Assembly (NCBI RefSeq): GCF_001194135.2
Contig: NC_068988.1
Span: forward strand, 4,681,179-4,745,178
DNA length: 64,000 bases
Direction of reading: 5' to 3'
DNA from: Octopus bimaculoides
Lineage: Eukaryota
Every line of letters starts with the position of its first letter. Position 1 is the stretch's first letter. The notes below the pieces were generated by a model. It was not told the origin of the DNA and ran no database searches. It saw only the letters and a list, made by a program, of their open reading frames with translations. Below, one piece after another: positions 56,380 through 64,000 of the stretch. A program made the translations under genes and the position numbers.

Positions 56380-57480
56380 AGTCAAGGGACGTTACTTCTA
56401 GGTGGAATTTTTTCGTTGTTTGTCTCCCTTGGAGTTGTCTTTTGGGCGAATCTTTTTGTGGTCAATTTGTTTGCATTATTTTGCCTTTTTTCTTTGGACA
56501 TGGTATTCTTATACTTATGTGCTGAGGTAGTTCGTCATTGGGGCATATTTCCTCTTTGTGCGGAGTTTGTGTGCTATGTGTTCACCTTTGGGAAAGGGGC
56601 TATCCTGGTTATGTTACCGTCGCAGATAGTGGTTCTTCAATGAAATATTTGAATGTAAAATATTGCTTGTGTATGCAGGGAGAGAAGGATTAATCCCTAA
56701 TAATTAGGATCTTATCTGTTGATTGTATAATATTTAATTTTTCAGTGATAGAGAGTTCACATTTGGTACCCCGTCTTCTGTATTTTTTTGGCCTTAGCAA
56801 TAATTTTTCATTCTATCTCAGGGTTGCTTATTCTACCTCCTTTCAATGTCCATATCATATTTGACAGGATGCTGCATGTTTTTGTTTTTATCTCTGAACG
56901 GTGTCGGGTGCTGTGTATACATTTCCTTGAACGAGTTGCCCGTCATTCCGATATACGTCTTTGCTATTCCGTTGGGGTCCATGATATACGATTTCTCTTT
57001 CGTATTCGAGTTCTTTCTCAAGACAGTTGTTTAAAGGGCAACGATTTGGGGGATCTGAAGTCGCATTGTATTTCGGGGTTTTTTCTGGTGTGTTAATGAT
57101 AATTGTGATTGAGTTTTATTGACACTGTAATGAAAGGGGCGGGGCAACTATAGCTAACAGCATTTCTGTTGAAGATCCTGTGGTATTTGTGTGAATGTGG
57201 AAAGTGGTTGTTTATTAGTTTTAAGAATTTCCTAGCTATGTTAGTAGTTACATTCATGATATAAGGTGAGTTGAACCATACGATTTTCTCCTGAGTCTGC
57301 TTGGCCTATTTATATTTGGTTCAATGGAGTATATGCTATTCTTGAAGTTGGACCTTTCTATCTTTCTATTGCAGCATTATATACGGGGCAGCTTTTTCAA
57401 AAGTGTATTTGTCGGCGGATAAATTGGAGATGCACCTGCTACTGCTGGTGGTGGTTGGAACCTATCTCTATGTACGAGAT
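56380..57480 (-). mobile_element. Penelope-like element, 3' part (thumb/linker plus GIY-YIG endonuclease)
   Basis: KIVWFNSPYIMNVTTNIARKFLKLINNHFPHSHKYHRIFNRN and KTYIGMTGNSFKE are hallmark Penelope-like segments; stops and frameshifts present. Confidence 0.85.
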
Positions 57481-57499
57481 TTCCTCGTTTAGTGTGTGT

Positions 57500-57532
<33 letters not shown>

Positions 57533-57752
57533 GTTTAACGTCCGCTTTCCATGCTGGCATGGGTTGGACGATTTGACTGAGGACTGGTGAAACCGGATGG
57601 CAACACCAGGCTCCAGTCTGATTTGGCAGAGTTTCTACAGCTGGATGCCCTTCCTAACGCCAACCACTCAGAGAGTGTAGTGGGTGCTTTTACGTGTAAC
57701 CCGCACGAAAACGGCCTCGCTCGAAATGGTGTCTTTTATGTGCCACCCGCAC
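57500..57752 (-). mobile_element. RTE-related SINE/LINE fragment with (TGA)n tail
   Basis: Minus strand carries GTTGGCGTTAGGAAGGGCATCCAGC, a motif I recognise from RTE-associated elements, and ends in (TGA)n. Truncated by a gap. Confidence 0.55.
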
Positions 57753-59234
57753 NNNNNNNNNNNNNNNNNNNNNNNNNNNNNNNNNNNNNNNNNNNNNNNN
57801 NNNNNNNNNNNNNNNNNNNNNNNNNNNNNNNNNNNNNNNNNNNNNNNNNNNNNNNNNNNNNNNNNNNNNNNNNNNNNNNNNNNNNNNNNNNNNNNNNNNN
57901 NNNNNNNNNNNNNNNNNNNNNNNNNNNNNNNNNNNNNNNNNNNNNNNNNNNNNNNNNNNNNNNNNNNNNNNNNNNNNNNNNNNNNNNNNNNNNNNNNNNN
58001 NNNNNNNNNNNNNNNNNNNNNNNNNNNNNNNNNNNNNNNNNNNNNNNNNNNNNNNNNNNNNNNNNNNNNNNNNNNNNNNNNNNNNNNNNNNNNNNNNNNN
58101 NNNNNNNNNNNNNNNNNNNNNNNNNNNNNNNNNNNNNNNNNNNNNNNNNNNNNNNNNNNNNNNNNNNNNNNNNNNNNNNNNNNNNNNNNNNNNNNNNNNN
58201 NNNNNNNNNNNNNNNNNNNNNNNNNNNNNNNNNNNNNNNNNNNNNNNNNNNNNNNNNNNNNNNNNNNNNNNNNNNNNNNNNNNNNNNTATATATATATAC
58301 ATATATACATATGTTTATATTCACACACATAGAGAAAGGGTGAGGAGTATTATATACATTATAAAACAATAACATTTTAAATAAATGTTACATTAAGAAT
58401 TATAATACTGTTATAATAAAGTATTTTATACATATTCCTCCATACAGTTCATAGTAGTCTTGTCCTTTCGTGTATTCACGCATTTTAAACAAGTTAAAAC
58501 TTCAGATGAACACAGAATGAAAAACAATCATAGGATTGATAGGATTGATAACGGTAGCAATCCATTGGAATAAAAAGCAGAGGCATTAGAGAGAAGAGTC
58601 ATATTGCTGAATGAAGTGAAGTCATTGGCTTCATGAAAGATTTTGTTTCGAGATTAAATCATCTTAAAATACACAAAATTGGTTGATACACTTTCAAGAA
58701 AACTGCAATTAGGAAAGATATAAACGGTAAATACGGAAGCTGAAGAAAGCATTTCTACCTTGTCAATAGAAATTATAATTCCTGCATTGTAACTTGAAAA
58801 GTTTAATCGAAATAAAAATAATAAAAATAAATATTCATTAAATGAGAGATGAGACTATATTCTATGTACAAGATATACTAAGTGCTGTGTAGAGGTTTAT
58901 TAGTCAGGGCTTTCAGTCATCAGACAATGGTAGCAACCAAAATTAATGCACAACAAAGGAAAATGAAACCAAAAGGTAATATTTAAAACGTCCAAACAAC
59001 ACATACTGCTTTCACACACACAAACACACACACACAAACACACACACACACACATACACACACACACACACACAGAGACACGCACAAACACACATATCTA
59101 GATAGATATAGATAGATATGTAGATAGGTATGTTGTGTTTGTGTTTATATCTCTGTGTGTGAATAAACAGACATGCATATATATTTATATATATATGCCT
59201 AAATATTAAAGCATGAATGTGTACATACACGTGT

Positions 59235-59460
59235 GTACATAGGGTGTTTCACTCACGATCACAAGATTGTAGTTTCAATTTCTATACCGGGTGGTACATT
59301 GTGTTCTTGAGCATACCATTTCTTCCCACTTTGCTCTGCGATCACTTCGATACGTGACACGTGCCACACTGCGCATCTGTTTAAGCAACGGCGATTTGAT
59401 GGAGGGAGGGAGCTAATATGCGGCACATACTTTTGATCACTATAAACAAATCATTGGTCG
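59235..59460 (+). mobile_element. SINE family B-related, decayed
   Basis: CACGATCACAAGATTGTAG...TGTGTTCTTGAGCA resembles the 49690 head. Confidence 0.5.
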
Positions 59461-59510
59461 TCTTAGATGGGAGAGTACATCATCAGCGTGCGTATGTGTG
59501 TGCGTGCGTA

Positions 59511-59584
<74 letters not shown>

Positions 59585-60854
59585 TGTTTTCTTTCGTTTA
59601 TTCATTTTTCAATATACCAACTAAGAACAGAGCTTAATACGTAAAATAAAAATCATTCTAAGTTAAATATTAGGAGGAGCCCTTAGAAGGTATAAAAACG
59701 GAAGTTTAATAAAAATAGATTTCAAACAGACTGCCATATTCAATTTTGCATTTAAGCAGTGAAAATAATTCATAAATGCCTTAAATCGAGCTAATATTTT
59801 AAAGTAGATGTACTCAAACATATGCGAGCCGTTATTAGTTTAGAATTTGCACCTCTAACAATTAAATCAAGAAATATTAAACAACGACACTTTACTGAAA
59901 CATCGAAATAAGTAGAATCATTTTACCGTTGTAAACGGCCGTACAAAAGGAGATAATGATAAACATAAACAATTTCAGGAAAATATTTAAGTGGCAAACG
60001 GAGATCAAAATTGTAAATAATGATTTCTATTAGAAATATATTTTCCCATTGAACTAAATTTAGATCGATGTCTTCATATTTAGAAATGCCATGGCTATTT
60101 TCAGAGTTTGGCTATTTTGAATTTTTAAATGTTGAAGAATACTAATTATCGATTTATCTTAGCTTGGCACAAAAGACCAATTTGCGAAAGAGTATGTTAC
60201 TCGTGATTGAATCAATACACGTCAATTAACGGTATTTCTTTTATCGACCTCAAAGGCTTCATTTAATACATAATGTATGAAATATCGCCCGGCATTTTTA
60301 CACGTGTATCTCTGTTTCTGGCAAAACTTTACCAGAGGCGAACACCCGATTAATACGGTTTGGTTGGGTAGAATGCCACTTAGTGTAATGCAGCAAAAAT
60401 TCTAGTTTATTACTGATTTTTGTCGCACTAAGAAAGATAAATTAAAACGCCGTGTGAAAAATAATGATTACCCACTCCTTAATCTCTCTCTCTCTCTCTC
60501 TCTCTCTNNNNNNNNNNTATACACATGTACATATAAATGAATACGCATGTGTGTGTGTGTGTGTGTGTGCGTACATGTATATGCATATGTGTGTGTGCGC
60601 GCGCGCATGTTCGTTTATATATCTGAGGAACTTGCGCACCCATGTTCAGATGCGCACGCTCGCATCAATACAGACATGCACGCAAAACCATATGAGCGCG
60701 TCTACACATTCACATATACAACTATATACTTGCACATACTGGCCCTTCCTACATCCCTCAAACAAACTGACCGATTTCCTGTCCACCACACGGTCGATAT
60801 CCTGTTCATCATGCGGTATTTTGTTGTCGCTGGTATACCGATATAGCAAAAATC

Positions 60855-61075
60855 TGGCAGAAACGTCAGCACGCCGGGCGAAATGCTTCGCGGTATTTCG
60901 TCAGCCGCTACGTTCTGAGTTCAAATTCCGACAAGGTTGACTTTGCCTTTCATCCTTTCGTGGTCGATAAATTAAGTACCAGTTACGCACTGGGGTCGAT
61001 GTAATCGACTTAATCCCTTTGTCTGTCCTTGTTTGTCCCCTCTATGTTTAGCCCCTTGTGGGCAATAAAGAATTG
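60855..61075 (+). mobile_element. Near full-length SINE family A with perfect 15-bp TSD
   Basis: GATATAGCAAAAATC at 60840-60854 and 61076-61090; same 3' subtype as 316-525. Confidence 0.92.
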
Positions 61076-61309
61076 GATATAGCAAAAATCAAATCATGAC
61101 ACTGCGTGACCTTCCTCGACGAATCACAGCTCACCTTACGGTAATAGCAATCAGCTTCTTCCATTCAAATTCAAAATAGCTGAAGACTATGAAGACTAGC
61201 ATCACGCTTGAAACTCAGTGTACCAACGAATTTGAATCAAACTGTTTTGATCCATACATGTAACTCTCAATAAGTTTGTTGAGTGCACTCAACTATCAAC
61301 ATGGCTGAA

Positions 61310-61482
61310 AAAAAGGTCGGTGCAAGTGTGAAGGTAAAACACCTACAAAAATCAGCATTGCTTGAAACTAAAAGAATTATTCACAAGGTTCTTGAAGCAT
61401 GACCAGTAAACAAGTGTCAACTTAGTCTGCTAGCTGTGGACACTTTCCATCATACCCAGCAAAATAAGCTGTGAGTTTTCAT
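61310..61482 (+). mobile_element. Short R4/Dong-like 3' fragment
   Basis: VGASVKVKHLQKSALLETKRIIHKVLEA* (stop ends at 61402), followed by a putative 3' UTR. Confidence 0.65.
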
Positions 61483-61881
61483 GTTGCAATACCCAGCCAT
61501 TCGAGGGTGAAATGTAAGGTAACAGAGAAGTGTGAGAAATACCAGCCACTGCGGGACAAGAAGGAAAGTTATGGGATATGAGGAAAGTAACGGTGATACC
61601 GGTGGTAATTGGAGTATTAGGAGCAGTTTCCAAGGGCAATGAAAAACATATTAAGAATATTGGAACTGCTGTCAGACTCGAGGTGATCCAGAAGATGGCA
61701 TTGATGGGTACAGCTTGCATTGTAAGGAGGGGTTTGTCTCTTTGAGTCACAGGAGAAGGCACTACTTGAAACTTTTGGTGATTTGTTATTGCTTGCTTTC
61801 AAGTAAAGAATAACCGGTAATTATGATCTATCCGAGAGTCTTTCAGAATAACAACAACAACAATAATAAATAATAATAATA
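61483..61881 (+). mobile_element. R4/Dong-like 3' fragment (RLE endonuclease end) with (AAC)n(AAT)n tail
   Basis: VAIP..RVK.K..EKCEKYQPL / LWDMRKVTVIPVVIGVLGAVSKG...IQKMALMGTACIVRRGLSL* (stop ends at 61745); tail at 61847-61881. Confidence 0.8.
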
Positions 61882-62454
61882 TTGTGGACATCAGATATAA
61901 AAACTCTGTATTATATATGTAGTGCAACCAATTGAAAGACATGCATGAAGATGGTAGTATGATTGTAATATACGAAATGTTAAGTAAAAATCTTTGTGAT
62001 ATTGAAACGGAAATAAGATTTCAGGTATAATTACATTTGTTTACGATTATCGCTGGACAGAATAAAGAAACTTCACGGAACTTAAAATGAATTGATACTA
62101 ACAAAATGATTCGAGAACAAGTGAAACTAAGCAATGTCTTTCATGCTGTTAAATCAAGGTAGACATACTTTTATACAACAATGCCAAGCGAGATAAATAT
62201 TAATATTTATATATTTATATCTCTTACACAACTATTTATAATATACACTTAGCTGTTTGTATAAATATTAATTGCATCAATAAATTATTATGCTTTATGT
62301 ATCAATAATTTGCAAATATTTATAGTTTCTTCCAACAACAATTAGAAAATGCTGAGTATTTATAGATATAATACCTGAAAAGTGAATATTAAATCTTGTT
62401 TGTTGGAATTTAAGCGAACGACCCTTGTATTATATATATATATATATATAGAGC

Positions 62455-62730
62455 AAATGATCACCCACACTGGAGGCAAATACTGCGCGAAAGTGAATGA
62501 AGAGAGAGTAAGTAAAACAGGTATTGGCCATCAAAGAAAAGTACACTTGATGGAAGGAAAAATCAGCAGCACCAGCAGAGAGCTCCTTCAAATGCAGTCG
62601 CTGTATGCATGAATGACACTCCCGTGTGGGCCTGTGCAGCCACAACAGACGTTGCACCACCATCAGCAACTGACACGATTTCTTTGGGTGCAGATCCATG
62701 GTCTCTAGAAACCGACGGATGTGTACTATA
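62455..62730 (+). mobile_element. RTE-clade LINE 3' end
   Basis: DHPHWRQIL and ESSFKCSRCMHE*HSRVGLCSHNRRCT (RTE terminal Cys/His finger), then the tail CCATGGTCTCTAGAAACCGACGGATG. Confidence 0.8.
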
Positions 62731-64000
62731 TATATATATATAGATATATGCTCCGTAGTCATCCTAATCAGATTTCTCTATAAACATACATTTATTCGTG
62801 AAAGTGCCGAATTATTGATACTTAATTCAAAATATGCATAATCTTATGTGAAAAATATTTAGAATATCATAAATAATTGTTCTAAATCCTACAAAAATTC
62901 AGTAGATATTAAGGTTTGCAAAATTGTTTTGAGAGCTGAAGAAACTATACCAAAACAAGGGCGCCTATTTTTACAAGGTTAGCGAAACTTAGTAAAAAAC
63001 ATTTGGCGGTTTCATTGAATAAGCTGAATGAATCTATTTTACGCTGAACAGGATTTCTAATATGGGAGATCATTAATTATTGAAAGCAATATTAGATTGA
63101 TATCTGTGATACCTGTTTCTGCATGCGCTGCTAGTTGTGGTTGTATGGCTTCATATTGGAGGAGAAAAACCGATGTCACTAAAGCAGTGGCATAAATGAT
63201 TACTTTTTTTGTTAGTTGTGAAAAGCTGAATTATAATATGGTTTATTATTTATAATGTTAATTGTTAGTTGCATTTGCAATTTTAAATATTTCTGAACCT
63301 GCAAGACCAGTTTCCCACAGCTATTGGCTTCAGTAAACTGAATTTGATTGTATCTAGTTTTTGATTGCTATGCATGTATACGCTGCTATACACACTGACT
63401 CCATTTTTGTCTATTTAATTCAGTCACTCTTTATGTTTTGGTGGCCAATTGTTGGACGCATGAATTGTTGTTCTTGAAAAAAATAGTTGCTAAAAGATAT
63501 TTTCATAGTTTAACGTTTTCAAGAGGCATTAATAAACTCTGTAAAAATTACAACTAATTTGTAAAAGAGAATAATGAACGATAAAATTAGAAAATGGAAA
63601 TAATTTCAGTTGAACAAGCAAAGCTAAGGAGAGATGAAGAAGAAATAAACGACGAAGATTGCTATCAGTATGAAGTAGAAACAAAGAGAATAAAAGTAGA
63701 AGTGGTAATAAATTATAAAAGGAATATGTAGAGTAAAGTACTTATATGCATATATTTTTAAAGCGTCTTAATAAATGAGAATTATTCCTCTAATGCGATA
63801 ATAATCCTATCGACGGTACAACTAATTCAAAGTAATGATTTTATTTATCGCCCTCTAAACAAACTGTAGTGTAGAAAATTAATTAGGAATATAGAGCCAG
63901 CGGTAGTTATCAGCTTTATTTTATTGAAGGAAATATGTAATAGGTTTATGAAAGAAAATGAAAATTAGTCCTTAAAGCTAAAAGCAAATGGCAAAGATAA

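Overview
AT-rich, microsatellite-dense animal genomic DNA with 13 N-gaps. The repeat content points to a coleoid cephalopod, probably Octopus; this is an inference, not a database result. The only convincing host gene is on the minus strand: six short, in-phase exons (54868->10629; 88, 74, 37, 98, 120 and 149 nt) with canonical AG/GT splice sites. They splice into a classical receptor-type protein tyrosine phosphatase catalytic domain: LTPAGLTAKCDVAKKTENKMKNRYGNIVAYDHTRVKLNIEDDPHDDYINANYIDGYEKEKAYIAAQGPNRSTLNDIWRMVWQENSKTIIMLTNPTETGKRKCDQYWPDEGTQVSSGISIECLNVDKLPDFTIRTFLLQMNGVSKIVKQFHYTTWPDHGVPKFGNSLILFRQKIRAFDRLDNGPVIVHCS. The rest of the window appears intronic and holds decayed mobile elements: three or more SINE families, R4/Dong-like, RTE, CR1-like and Penelope retroelement fragments, Tc1/mariner remnants, a MITE and a Helitron. 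Nearly all ORFs in the supplied track are artefacts of microsatellites or N-runs. I see no clear-cut new biological system. The best leads are: a candidate in-frame 51-nt cassette exon inside the phosphatase domain; an RTE-type tail carrying two C2H2 fingers; a SINE triplet punctuated by a recurring target motif; inverted SINE geometry that could support RNA editing or back-splicing; and a perfect 94-bp palindrome.
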